In this document: in pieces, positions 48,453-58,176 of the stretch | How positions within the stretch are numbered: the first letter of the stretch is position 1 | How the letters are laid out: the number at the start of each line of letters is the position of its first letter | Assembly (NCBI GenBank): GCA_046754465.1 | Contig: JBHHVU010000012.1 | Coordinates: 1,850 to 65,849, forward strand | Origin: Nitrospinaceae bacterium | Lineage (GTDB): Bacteria > Nitrospinota > Nitrospinia > Nitrospinales > VA-1 | Direction of reading: 5' to 3' | Length of the DNA: 64,000 nucleotides | Made by a program: the position numbers and the translations under genes | The notes under the pieces: model-generated | Seen by the model: the letters and a program-made list of their open reading frames with translations, nothing else | Databases searched by the model: none | Told to the model about the DNA's origin: nothing

Positions 48453-49454
48453 GTGGCTTCCACCGGTTCACGCAACGCGAACGTAAAACCCAGCCCGCCG
48501 AAACCCAGTCTGCTCATTGCTTTTGGGGGCAACGCCCTCAACGTTCCCGACGCCCTGCCTCCCCACCAGAAAGAGGAATTCATGGTCGCCCGGAAATCCA
48601 TGCAACCCATCCCTTCCCTGGTGAAACAAGGTTACCGTAAAATCATCATCACCCACGGAAACGGTCCGCAGGTGGGGCAAATCTTTCTCCAGCAGGAACT
48701 GACCAGAAATGAATTTCCAAGGCAAATCACCCTCGACGTTTGTGTCGCCGACAGCCAGGGGCGAATCGGGTATATTCTCCAAAACGTATTCGACAACGTC
48801 TTCGCCGGCCAAGGCGTTTCCCAAAGGGCCTTCGCCATCATCACCCAGGTCCTGGTCGATGCCGGGGATCCCGCATTCAACAATCCCACCAAACCCATTG
48901 GCGTCTTTTACTCCCGGGACGATGCCCGGGAACTTGAAAAAAAACGGGGGTGGGTCCTCAAGGAGGATGCGGGGCGCGGTTACCGTAGGGTGGTCCCCTC
49001 CCCGCAACCTCTGGACATCGTGGAAAAGGCCGTGTTTCAGGATATGCTGAACCGGGGCTTCATCGCCATCGGCGCAGGGGGCGGCGGTATCCCCGTCATC
49101 CGCGCCGCCGGGGGGCGCCTGGAAGGGGTCGAGGCGGTTATCGACAAGGATCGAACCAGCGCCCTGTTGGCCGCCCAGGTGGGCATCGATTACCTGGTGA
49201 TTCTGACCTCCGTCGATTTCGCTTACCGAGACTTCAACACCGCGTCCCAAAAACCGATCGAACAGGCCGCCCTGGGCGAGATGGAAGCCTATTTGAAGGA
49301 AGGACATTTTCGGAAGGGAAGCATGAAGCCCAAGGTGGAAGCGGCAATCCATTTTTTAAAGGCGGGCGGGAAAAGAGCTATTATCGCCAATTTGTACGAT
49401 TTGCACGCGGCCGTTGAAGGAAAAACCGGAACCCAAATCCATCCCGATCCCTGA
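48453..49454 (+). CDS. arcC: Carbamate kinase
   Basis: AFGGNAL, THGNGPQVG, NPTKPIG, GRGYRRVVPSP, EAVIDKD, GSMKPKV. Confidence 0.95.
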   Translation: MASTGSRNANVKPSPPKPSLLIAFGGNALNVPDALPPHQKEEFMVARKSMQPIPSLVKQGYRKIIITHGNGPQVGQIFLQQELTRNEFPRQITLDVCVADSQGRIGYILQNVFDNVFAGQGVSQRAFAIITQVLVDAGDPAFNNPTKPIGVFYSRDDARELEKKRGWVLKEDAGRGYRRVVPSPQPLDIVEKAVFQDMLNRGFIAIGAGGGGIPVIRAAGGRLEGVEAVIDKDRTSALLAAQVGIDYLVILTSVDFAYRDFNTASQKPIEQAALGEMEAYLKEGHFRKGSMKPKVEAAIHFLKAGGKRAIIANLYDLHAAVEGKTGTQIHPDP

Positions 49455-49550
49455 AGCCGCTAGCGGATCGCGTGAACCGTAAATTACCAGACGCCCGGGC
49501 GGGCGATGATTGCCAAAGGCCCCCGGACGGTCCATTCCCAAGGAGGTCCC

Positions 49551-51209
49551 ATGAATGTTTCAGACGGCAATTCCTTTCCCGGCAAACCGATCACCGAAAT
49601 CGCCGGAACCCTGGGCCTTCGGCCAGACGACATCATCCCTTATGGCCGGACCAAGGCGAAGATCCGGCTGGAAGTTCTGAAACAGCATCCCCGGCGGGGA
49701 AAACTCATTCTCGTCTCCGCCATCACACCGACCCCGGCGGGAGAAGGCAAAACCACCACCACCATCGGCCTGGGTCAGGCTCTGGCCCGGCTGGGGAAAT
49801 CGGTCTGTCTGGCCCTGCGGGAACCTTCACTGGGTCCCTGCCTGGGAATGAAGGGGGGGGCCACCGGAGGCGGATTGAGCCGACTCATTCCCGCCGAGGA
49901 AATCAACCTGCATTTTACGGGCGACTTCCATGCCGTCACCTCCGCCAACAATCTCCTCGCCGCTCTCCTGGACAACAGGATCTACCATGGCGACTACTGC
50001 ACGATCGATCCACGGCGGATTTCCTGGAGGCGGGTGATGGACATGAACGACCGGGCGCTTCGAAAAACCATTATTGGGCTTGGGGGAGTCCTGCAGGGGA
50101 TTCCCCGGGAAGGGGGATTCGACATCACCGCCGCCTCGGAAATCATGGCCATCCTCTGCCTGGCGGAAAATTATCAGGATCTCCAAGCGCGGTTGAATCG
50201 TATCCTGGTGGCTTTCACCTATGACGGCGAACCGGTCACCGCGGAAATGCTGAAGGCCACGGGCGCCATGACGGCACTGATGAAAGACGCCCTGCTGCCC
50301 AACCTGGTGCAGACCCTGGAGGGGGTTCCCACCCTGGTGCACGGCGGCCCGTTCGCCAACATCGCGCACGGCTGCAATTCGGTCATCGCGACGAAAATGG
50401 CCTTGTCGCTGGCCGACTGGGCTGTCACCGAAGCCGGGTTCGGTTTCGACCTCGGGGCGGAAAAGTTTTTTGACATCAAATGCAGAAGCGCCGGCCTCGA
50501 CACCGCCGCCGTGGTTCTCGTGGCCACTTGCAGGGCCCTGAAAATGCACGGGGGCGTGAAGCACGCCGACCTGCCGCAAAAAAACCTCGAGGCCCTCCGG
50601 AAGGGCCTGCCCAACCTCGACAAACACGTGGAAAATATCACCAAATTCGGCGAAAGACCCATCGTGTGCATCAACCGTTTTGGCGCCGACCACGAAGAGG
50701 AAATCCGCTCGATCCAGGACCATTGCGAAACCCGCCTCCAGGTTCCCTGCGCCGTCAGCAATGTCTTCGAGGAGGGAGGAAAAGGGGGTCTCGAACTGGC
50801 GCGGGCCGTCCTCAACCACGGCGAAAAAATATCCGAACCTTTCCGGCCCCTGTACGGCTGGGACGAAGACGTGAAAACCAAGATATGGAAGGTCGCTCAC
50901 GAAATGTACGGCGCCCGGAAGATCGATTACACGAAAAAGGCCGAGCGGGACTTGCGGTCCATAGAAAAGCTGGGTTATGACAACCTGCCCATCTGTATCG
51001 CCAAGACCCAGTCGTCACTCACCGACGATCCGAAAATCGTCGGCCGCCCGGAAAATTTCTCGGTGACGGTCCGGGAAATCCTGATCGCCTCCGGGGCCGG
51101 GTTCCTGATCCCGGTCACGGGGGATATCATGCGCATGCCCGGTTTGCCCAAACATCCCCAGGCGGAAAACATAGAACTCGTGGCGGGTGTCATTCGGGGC
51201 ATGAAATGA
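49551..51209 (+). CDS. fhs: Formate--tetrahydrofolate ligase
   Basis: PTPAGEGKTT, REPSLGP, KGGATGGG, HGGPFANIAHGCNS, TEAGFG, MRMPGL; AAGGAGG RBS before ATG 49551. Confidence 0.97.
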   Translation: MNVSDGNSFPGKPITEIAGTLGLRPDDIIPYGRTKAKIRLEVLKQHPRRGKLILVSAITPTPAGEGKTTTTIGLGQALARLGKSVCLALREPSLGPCLGMKGGATGGGLSRLIPAEEINLHFTGDFHAVTSANNLLAALLDNRIYHGDYCTIDPRRISWRRVMDMNDRALRKTIIGLGGVLQGIPREGGFDITAASEIMAILCLAENYQDLQARLNRILVAFTYDGEPVTAEMLKATGAMTALMKDALLPNLVQTLEGVPTLVHGGPFANIAHGCNSVIATKMALSLADWAVTEAGFGFDLGAEKFFDIKCRSAGLDTAAVVLVATCRALKMHGGVKHADLPQKNLEALRKGLPNLDKHVENITKFGERPIVCINRFGADHEEEIRSIQDHCETRLQVPCAVSNVFEEGGKGGLELARAVLNHGEKISEPFRPLYGWDEDVKTKIWKVAHEMYGARKIDYTKKAERDLRSIEKLGYDNLPICIAKTQSSLTDDPKIVGRPENFSVTVREILIASGAGFLIPVTGDIMRMPGLPKHPQAENIELVAGVIRGMK

Positions 51210-51222
51210 TGTTGGGAACCGG

Positions 51223-51591
51223 TCATTCAAAATAGGCGGCGCCGCAGTCGTCCATCTCCCGGATCTCCACGCGCTTGACGCGGATGGTCCCAGCGTTCAC
51301 CTCGGCGCTCAACTCCTGGAACAACCAGCGGGCGATGTTTTCCGCCGACGGATTAAGCTGGTCGAAAGGAGGAACCTCGTTGATATTCTGATAATCCAGC
51401 CGGGCCAGGATGGCCTCCACCTGTTCCTTGAGTTTCATGAAATCCATGCCCACGCCGATCGAGTCCAGTTCGCCCGCCTCCACGATCACCGTGGCGCCCC
51501 AGTTGTGGCCGTGCAGGTTTTCATATTTTCCGTCGTAGCCCCGAAGCTGATGGGCGGCGGAGAAACGGGTGTTTATCTTGACTTCATACAT
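51223..51591 (-). CDS. queD: 6-carboxy-5,6,7,8-tetrahydropterin synthase
   Basis: FSAAHQL, LHGHNW, NPSAENIA. Reads GKYENLHGH where the usual catalytic Cys (CxxLHGH) would be. Confidence 0.85.
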   Translation of the reverse strand: MYEVKINTRFSAAHQLRGYDGKYENLHGHNWGATVIVEAGELDSIGVGMDFMKLKEQVEAILARLDYQNINEVPPFDQLNPSAENIARWLFQELSAEVNAGTIRVKRVEIREMDDCGAAYFE

Positions 51592-51604
51592 GGGCCGTCC
51601 CCTT

Positions 51605-52963
51605 TCATGACCGGCACACCGCGCGAATGCAATCGGCGGCCGTCTCTATCATCGTCCGGATCTCCTCCACGGAGATCACCAGCGGAGGCATAAAATATAT
51701 CACGTTTCCCAGGGGACGCATAAAAACCCCCCGCTTCAAACCTTCCCGGAAGATCTGGTGACCCACTCTTTTTTCAAAGGGAAAAGCCTCCCCGGAATCC
51801 CGGTCCTTGACAAGCTCCACGGCGGCGATCATTCCGGTCCGGCGAAATTCGCCACACCATTTCAGTTCCTTCAACGCATTTCCATATTCGCCGAGCGCCC
51901 GGATTTTGGGTTGGAGTTTTTCGAGAAAATCGTCTTCCATCAGAAGCGCCAGGCTTTCATTGGCGCAGGCGCAGGCCAGGGGATTGGCGGTGTAGCTATG
52001 GCTGTGAATGAACAGTTTCATCGTCGCGAACTCATCGTAAAACGCCTCGTAGATTCTGTTTTCCGTCAGGGTGGCCGCCAGGGGAAGGTAGCCTGATGTG
52101 AGCCCCTTGGACAGACATAAAAAAGTGGGATGCAGTCCATGCGCCCCGGAAACGAAAAGGGATCCGGTTCTGCCGAACCCGACGGCGATTTCATCGAAAA
52201 TGGTATGCACCTCCCGGGAGCGGCAAGCCTCCTGGAGTTTTTGTAAATACACGGGGGGGTACATCTTCATTCCCGCCGCGCCCTGAACCAGGGGTTCGAC
52301 CACGACGGCGGCGATATTCCGGTGGTGGCCGGCGAGGGTTTTCTCCATCGGTTCAAAACATTCGGCGCCACAGCTTTCGGGTTTCAAACCATAGGGGCAG
52401 CGAAAGCAGTCCGGTCCCTGAACTTCCACGTTATGCATCAGCACAGGCTCGAATTTTTCGCGGAACATCGGCAGGCCGCACAGTGAAAGGGCGCCCAGGG
52501 TTTCCCCATGATAGCCTCCCCTCAAATAGACGAACTTCACCTTGTCTCCCCGCCCTGTCTGACGCCAGTATTGCAAACTCATCTTGACGGCCACCTCAAC
52601 CGAGGTGGACCCGTTATCGGAAAAGAAGACCTTGCCGAGGTTGGGAGGCGAATATTTCACCAAGGCGGAGGCCAGATCGATCGCTGGAGCGTGGGTGATT
52701 CCCGCGAACATGACATGGGAAATTTTTTCCAGCTGGTTTCTGATCGCCCGGTTCAACCTGGGGTGGTTGTGTCCGAACAGATTCACCCACCAGGAGGAGA
52801 TCACATCCATGTATTTATTGCTGTCCCGGTCGAACAGGTAAATCCCCTCCCCCCGTTCGATCAAGAGTGGGGGCATGGTTTCATGATCCTTCATCTGGGT
52901 GCAGGGATGCCAGACGTTATGAAAATCCCTGACCAGGTCGGTATGCTTGTCATTCTGGGTCAT
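51605..52963 (-). CDS. bioA: Adenosylmethionine-8-amino-7-oxononanoate aminotransferase
   Basis: WHPCTQM, SSWWVNLFGH, SDNGSTSVEVAVKM, YHGET, DEIAVGFGRTG, SKGLTSGYLP, HSHSYTANP. Confidence 0.93.
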   Translation of the reverse strand: MTQNDKHTDLVRDFHNVWHPCTQMKDHETMPPLLIERGEGIYLFDRDSNKYMDVISSWWVNLFGHNHPRLNRAIRNQLEKISHVMFAGITHAPAIDLASALVKYSPPNLGKVFFSDNGSTSVEVAVKMSLQYWRQTGRGDKVKFVYLRGGYHGETLGALSLCGLPMFREKFEPVLMHNVEVQGPDCFRCPYGLKPESCGAECFEPMEKTLAGHHRNIAAVVVEPLVQGAAGMKMYPPVYLQKLQEACRSREVHTIFDEIAVGFGRTGSLFVSGAHGLHPTFLCLSKGLTSGYLPLAATLTENRIYEAFYDEFATMKLFIHSHSYTANPLACACANESLALLMEDDFLEKLQPKIRALGEYGNALKELKWCGEFRRTGMIAAVELVKDRDSGEAFPFEKRVGHQIFREGLKRGVFMRPLGNVIYFMPPLVISVEEIRTMIETAADCIRAVCRS

Positions 52964-53009
52964 GCGTTTTCCCCGTGGGGTGGAACCCGGAACCTGCCGT
53001 GTGATGTGA

Positions 53010-54122
53010 TCAAAGCCCATAACGGGAGGGAGAGAATTCAGGGATTTCTTCCTTCAGCGTTTCCAACACCGTTTGAGTCAGGTACTCGGCCTGATGGGGG
53101 GTCTGCAAAATTCCGTTGCGAAAATGACCGGTGGAATAATACAGGTTATCGTAACGCCCGCTTTTCCCCATCACCGGCATCCCGTCGCGGGCGGCGGGCC
53201 GGAGCCCCGTCCACGACTCGATCAAGGGAGCTTCCCGCAGGCAGGGTAAAATCACCGAAGCGTTATCGATCAAGGCCTGGATGACCGTTTCTTCAATGGC
53301 GGGGTCGAACCCGCGGTCTTCCATGGTGGACCCCAGGACGAATCCATTTCCCTCCCGCCAGGGGGCGATATAGGTCAACAACCCGTGAACGGTATAGGGC
53401 AGGTGACGGTCCTCCGCCTGGACCCGGCACATCTGCCCCTTGACCGGTCTCAGGGGCAGGGAAACTCCCAGGATTTTTGCTAACTGCTGGGACCAGCTTC
53501 CCGCGGCCAAAACGATTTTTTTCCCCCCGACTTCCCCCGCGTCGGTCACTGCCAATCCAATGGAAGATTCATTTCGAATAAAACCGGTGACATTCAACGG
53601 CAGGAGGGTCACCCCCATCTTTTCCGTGGCGGCCACCAGGGCGTCGTGCATCTGGCGATTGTTGACCTGCCCCTCTCCCACCCACATTACCTCGCCGCAG
53701 GACTGAGCCAAGCTGGGAACTTTCTGCCGCACCCGGACGGGGTCCCAGACCTCGTGAGGCACGTTTTCTTCCCGGAAAAACCGCTTCCGCTCTTCCCAGT
53801 TCTCTTCATAAGAGGAGGAGGGCATGAGGGAACCATTCATGGATAAATGCACCGGCTTCCCCGCCACGGAAACCAATTCCGCTATAAAACGGGGATACAT
53901 TTCCAGCGATTCCCGGCAAAACCGGAAAAACCCGTCGGCCACATCGCATTCCGCAAAAGGGGCCAGCATCCCCGCGGCCGCGCGGGAGGCCATCAGCGAG
54001 TTCATGGGGTCCCCCAGAACGGCGATCCTTAATTGTGGAGCGGTCCGCTTGAGCCGAAAGGCGATACTGTGGCCGATAACCCCCGCGCCCACAATCAAAA
54101 TGTCGAATTCTCCGTATTTCAT
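53010..54122 (-). CDS. thiO: Glycine oxidase (FAD-dependent)
   Basis: GAGVIG, ASRAAAGMLAP, PVKGQ, GLRP, TGHFRNGIL. Start set at ATG 54122. Confidence 0.85.
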   Translation of the reverse strand: MKYGEFDILIVGAGVIGHSIAFRLKRTAPQLRIAVLGDPMNSLMASRAAAGMLAPFAECDVADGFFRFCRESLEMYPRFIAELVSVAGKPVHLSMNGSLMPSSSYEENWEERKRFFREENVPHEVWDPVRVRQKVPSLAQSCGEVMWVGEGQVNNRQMHDALVAATEKMGVTLLPLNVTGFIRNESSIGLAVTDAGEVGGKKIVLAAGSWSQQLAKILGVSLPLRPVKGQMCRVQAEDRHLPYTVHGLLTYIAPWREGNGFVLGSTMEDRGFDPAIEETVIQALIDNASVILPCLREAPLIESWTGLRPAARDGMPVMGKSGRYDNLYYSTGHFRNGILQTPHQAEYLTQTVLETLKEEIPEFSPSRYGL

Positions 54123-54429
54123 AAGTGAATCCGCTTCCGGGAGACCCATCCAAGTCTTAAAGCGGCAATGCCGGATTCCTCCCAAAAACCGTTTGAACGG
54201 AATTAGGTCCTATTTTAAATGAGTTTGGTGCCTCCCACCCTCCAAAGGCCGGATTCCTCCTATCACCTCAATTTCCTCCTGGCGCGCCTTTTGATGTTCT
54301 AAGGTCTTGATCATTTCAAAGCGGTTGTGCTATTTTCATTAAAAAAGGTTTTGGAATCAAGGAAAAGGATGTTGAACCGTTTATCAACACAACCGGCAAG
54401 GTCCGGAGTTTACTTCTCAAATTGGGACC

Positions 54430-55074
54430 ATGAACGAAAATACAAAAAATAACACACAGACCGCCGATTCAGAAATCGCCGCCCGGGTGAATCCCATCCT
54501 GGAACACCTAAAGGTCGAAGGCACGGAAATCGATCTAAACGTATTTCGAAAAAAGTTTATTGAAATCTGGAAATTCGAGGAGGCTGGCAAACTTCCCCCG
54601 GAAGACCAGTTTTTGACCACCGTCGCCGTCTTTATATATACCGCGCACAATGCGATGGACGATTATAACATCCGCATCGACCGAGCCCGGGAAAGTATTG
54701 TAGCGGCCCTGGAAGGTTGGAAGAAGCAGGAGCTCGATCAAATGGTGGCCCAGGAGCGGGCGTCGGAAAAACCCTTCAAGGCGTTTGTGGATAACCATCT
54801 TCCACAGATCGACGAAATCTATACCTGGAAAAACTTTTTCCTCGATCACAAACAGGCGGATGAAAATCAGTGGACCTACAAAATGAAAAAATGCTGGTTC
54901 ACTGAGTTTTTTATCCGGTTCGGCCGCGTCGATTATATTGAAACCGCCTGCATGTACGACCAGATTCCCTGGAAGGCCCGGAAGGACTACGTGGATTTGA
55001 AACTCAACAACATGTTCCGGAAACTTGGCAAAATTTGCCAGTTCAATTACAAACCCGCCAAACCCGGAAAATAG
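54430..55074 (+). CDS. ATC-hydrolase/V4R-like domain protein
   Basis: C-terminal KKCWFTEFF...ACMYD...CQFNY cysteine pattern. Confidence 0.6.
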   Translation: MNENTKNNTQTADSEIAARVNPILEHLKVEGTEIDLNVFRKKFIEIWKFEEAGKLPPEDQFLTTVAVFIYTAHNAMDDYNIRIDRARESIVAALEGWKKQELDQMVAQERASEKPFKAFVDNHLPQIDEIYTWKNFFLDHKQADENQWTYKMKKCWFTEFFIRFGRVDYIETACMYDQIPWKARKDYVDLKLNNMFRKLGKICQFNYKPAKPGK

Positions 55075-56222
55075 ATCTGGCGGCGGGCCTGCCCGGTTTC
55101 CGGGAATTTTTCTTCCTCCCCTCTTTGCATCCAGGAACTCCTATCAAACGGGTCGCCTACTACATCAGCTCACACGGCTACGGACACGCGGTCCGCTCCA
55201 CGGTCATCATCGCGAAAATCCTGGAAACGGCCCAGGTGTTCATCAAATCGGCCATTCCCGCCGATTTTTTCCACCTGTATCTAAAAGGAAATTTCATCCT
55301 TGAAGGGGAGGAGGTAGATGCCGGGTGCATCCAAAAAGACTTCATTCATATCGACGCCGATAAAACGTTTCAAAAGCTGGAAACCTTTTTACGCCGGTCC
55401 GAGGAACGATTGCAGAGCGAAATCCGTTGGCTGAAAGAGAAAAAAATCGATCTGATCCTTTCGGATGCCGCCAGCGCCCCCCTGGCCGCCGGGCATGCCC
55501 TGGACATCCCCACGTTCCTCGTCGCGAATTTCACCTGGCACGATATATACTCCCACCTGCCGGGGGTGGAACACCGGATGGAATTACTCGATGCCCTCCG
55601 GAATGAATATTCCCGCGCCTCCCTCCAGCTTCTGCCTCAATGCCACATCGAAAACGATCTTGTCCGAAAAAAGCGGGAGGTGGGGTTTATTGCCAGAAAA
55701 GGCCGAAATCTGCGGGATGAACTGGAACACGCCCTAAACACCTCGTTCAGGAACAAAACCCTGATCTTCATCTACCTGGGCGAGGCCGGGGCGGATTCCC
55801 TGAAATGGCAACATTTGAAAAAACTGGAGCACTGCGTTTTCCTCACCCGGGACCCGTTACCCCGGAACGTGCCCAACCTCTACGTCCTGGATGAACGGTT
55901 CCGGTATCCCGACTTGATCGCCAGTTCGGATATCGTGTGCACCAAGGCGGGGTACTCCACCCTGGCCACGGCCTTCGCTCATGACAAACCGGTCATTTCC
56001 TGCGCCCGAAAAAATTTCCGCGAGTTCGAGGTGATGAAGGACTATCTGAACCGCAGGGGAGTGGGACGAATCATCGAGCCGGACCGATTCTATTCCTGTG
56101 ACTGGGACGAGGATATCAAGAAAGCCCGCGAAATTACCGTTAAAGGAAAAGTCAGACTGGATGGGGAAATGGATGCCGTGAAAATCATCGATAACTTTCC
56201 GCGGCCGGGCTCTCTGGGATGA
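55035..56222 (+). CDS. GT-B glycosyltransferase-like protein (resembles arabinokinase N-terminal domain)
   Basis: YYISSHGYGHAVRS, NFTWHDIY, TKAGYST. True start probably later (e.g. TTG 55125). Confidence 0.7.
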   Translation: MPVQLQTRQTRKIDLAAGLPGFREFFFLPSLHPGTPIKRVAYYISSHGYGHAVRSTVIIAKILETAQVFIKSAIPADFFHLYLKGNFILEGEEVDAGCIQKDFIHIDADKTFQKLETFLRRSEERLQSEIRWLKEKKIDLILSDAASAPLAAGHALDIPTFLVANFTWHDIYSHLPGVEHRMELLDALRNEYSRASLQLLPQCHIENDLVRKKREVGFIARKGRNLRDELEHALNTSFRNKTLIFIYLGEAGADSLKWQHLKKLEHCVFLTRDPLPRNVPNLYVLDERFRYPDLIASSDIVCTKAGYSTLATAFAHDKPVISCARKNFREFEVMKDYLNRRGVGRIIEPDRFYSCDWDEDIKKAREITVKGKVRLDGEMDAVKIIDNFPRPGSLG

Positions 56223-57172
56223 AACCGGATATCACCCTGATCATCACCAACTGGAACGGCCGGGAGCTGTTGCGCGAATGCCTGCCCTCAGTCCTCGAGG
56301 CGGTGAAGAACGATACCGCCCATGCCTATGAGGTCCTCGTGATCGACGATTGCGGAACGGACGACAGTCTGGAACTCCTGAAGCGCGAATTCCCCACGGT
56401 CCGACAGGAAAAAACACCCCGCAACCTCGGCTTCCAGGAAGCCAACAATTACGCCGTGAATTTGGTGGACTCACCCATCGTGATGCCCATGAACAACGAC
56501 ATCAAACTGGATCCCCAGGCGCTGGGTCTGCTCGCCAGGCATTTCGACGGAGACGATGTGTTCGCGGTCAGCGGCAAGTTTTTCGGTTTCGACCGGTCCA
56601 CCTTCCTCTATGGAAACCGGGGCGGGTATTTCCGTAACGGGCATTTCTACCTGTACGAGAAAAGCCCGGAGGACGGCAGCCAGACGCTTTTCGCCTGTGG
56701 GGGAGCCTTTATGGTGGACCGGAAGCGATACCTGGAACTGGGCGGGTTCGATCCGATGTATCACCCTTTATACTATGAGGAAATCGACCTTTCCTACCGG
56801 GCTCTGAAACGGGGATGGAAAGTTCGTTACGAACCGGCTTCCATCGCCTACCACAAGGTGCAGTCCACCATCACCCGGCAGGAAAAACGCCGCCGGATCG
56901 GGTTGATTTCGGCGCGGAACAATTACCTGTTCGTCTGGAAAAATATTCTGGACCGTCCCCTGACCCTCCAGTTCCTGTTTTTCATTCCCCTGTTTCTGTT
57001 CCGCGACCTGTTCCGCTTTAAATCCCGCTTCTGGGTGGCGTTTTACATGGCTCTGAAAAGACTGCCCGCCGCCCTCGCCGGACGAACCATGGAAAAACGG
57101 GACGTCCGGATTTCCGACCGGGAAATCCTTTCCCGGATCAACGCTAACCTGGCGAACCGGTTTGAATCGTAA
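56219..57172 (+). CDS. GT2 glycosyltransferase (WbbL-like)
   Basis: NWNG, DDCGTDDS, NLGF, NND, GGFD, YYEEIDL; ATGA coupling. Confidence 0.9.
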   Translation: MKPDITLIITNWNGRELLRECLPSVLEAVKNDTAHAYEVLVIDDCGTDDSLELLKREFPTVRQEKTPRNLGFQEANNYAVNLVDSPIVMPMNNDIKLDPQALGLLARHFDGDDVFAVSGKFFGFDRSTFLYGNRGGYFRNGHFYLYEKSPEDGSQTLFACGGAFMVDRKRYLELGGFDPMYHPLYYEEIDLSYRALKRGWKVRYEPASIAYHKVQSTITRQEKRRRIGLISARNNYLFVWKNILDRPLTLQFLFFIPLFLFRDLFRFKSRFWVAFYMALKRLPAALAGRTMEKRDVRISDREILSRINANLANRFES

Positions 57173-58164
57173 TGCCTGAAGCCGCCATACGATGCCACGC
57201 CTCCCCGGCCGAGGGGATGGGACACGTCTTCCGCCAACTCCACGTGGCCAAATTGCTACGAGACCGCGGCCTGGCGTTGACCTTTTTCATCCCGGAGCAC
57301 TCCCCCTCGATCGGCCTGCTGCGGAGGGAGGATTTTGTTCCCCGCATCGTGGAGCCGCATCAGGGATTCCCCCCCGGGGTGACGGAAAAATTCGATCTGG
57401 TCATTGTGGACCTGCGTGATACGACACCGGAATTCATCAAGGGGCTGCGGAACCATGCGCGAAGAATCGCCAGTTTCGAGGACTTGGGTGAAGGCAGAAA
57501 CCATGTCGATCTGCTGATCGATTCCAACCTGGAACCGGCCAAGGGCCGGGAGGTCCCCTCCCGCGTCAAACCTCTTTTCGGCCTCCCCTACTGTGTTCTG
57601 GCGCCGGTTTTTGACAAAGCCCACCGGCGGACAAAATCGTTTTCGGGAAAACCGCGATCGGTCCTGGTGACCATGGGCGGGACGGATCCGAACAACCTGA
57701 CCCTCCGACTGGCAAAAATTTTTCTCGATGGGGATACCGATATTTCCTTCACCTTTCTGGCGGGCCCCGGATTCCCGCACAAACCGGCCCTGATGAAACT
57801 GGCGTCGGCCACAAAATCATTCCGGGTGGTTTGCAGCGCTCCCCATACGGCAGAACTGCTATTTGATCACGACGCAGTGTTCTGTTCGGGAGGAATCACC
57901 CTGCAGGAAGCGCTGGCGGTAGGCACGCCGGCTTTTGTCATCAGCCAGGTCCCCCACCAGGCGGAAAAAACCAAACCCATGGAAGAGGCCGGCGCAGCGG
58001 TCTACCTGGGCGCGGCCCAAAATTTCCGGCAGGAAAATATCCACGCCCTGCTGAACATCGGCGGAGAACGGCTTGAAGCCATGAGCCGGGTGGGGAAAAA
58101 CCTGGTGGACGGACGCGGCATCTACCGGGTCGCGGATCAATTGCAATCGTTGATGGAAGCTTGA
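57172..58164 (+). CDS. PseG/SpsG family UDP-sugar hydrolase-like protein
   Basis: GMGHVFR, VTMGGTDP, SGGITLQE, VDGRGIYRV. Confidence 0.8.
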   Translation: MPEAAIRCHASPAEGMGHVFRQLHVAKLLRDRGLALTFFIPEHSPSIGLLRREDFVPRIVEPHQGFPPGVTEKFDLVIVDLRDTTPEFIKGLRNHARRIASFEDLGEGRNHVDLLIDSNLEPAKGREVPSRVKPLFGLPYCVLAPVFDKAHRRTKSFSGKPRSVLVTMGGTDPNNLTLRLAKIFLDGDTDISFTFLAGPGFPHKPALMKLASATKSFRVVCSAPHTAELLFDHDAVFCSGGITLQEALAVGTPAFVISQVPHQAEKTKPMEEAGAAVYLGAAQNFRQENIHALLNIGGERLEAMSRVGKNLVDGRGIYRVADQLQSLMEA

Positions 58165-58176
58165 TAAGGGACGCCG

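Noticed and set aside
51605-52963. BioA as the missing serine palmitoyltransferase or PKS release enzyme
   Set aside because: It is a class III aminotransferase with canonical BioA motifs in a cofactor operon, not an alpha-oxoamine synthase.
54123-54429. TPP riboswitch upstream of thiO; 13-bp direct repeat GCCGGATTCCTCC (54170-54182, 54248-54260)
   Set aside because: No CTGAGA/ACCTGA TPP core. Two short copies are too few for a CRISPR or repeat family.
55035-58164. Glycosyltransferase/PseG genes as part of the glycolipid system
   Set aside because: More than 20 kb away and typical of LPS or flagellar glycan loci.
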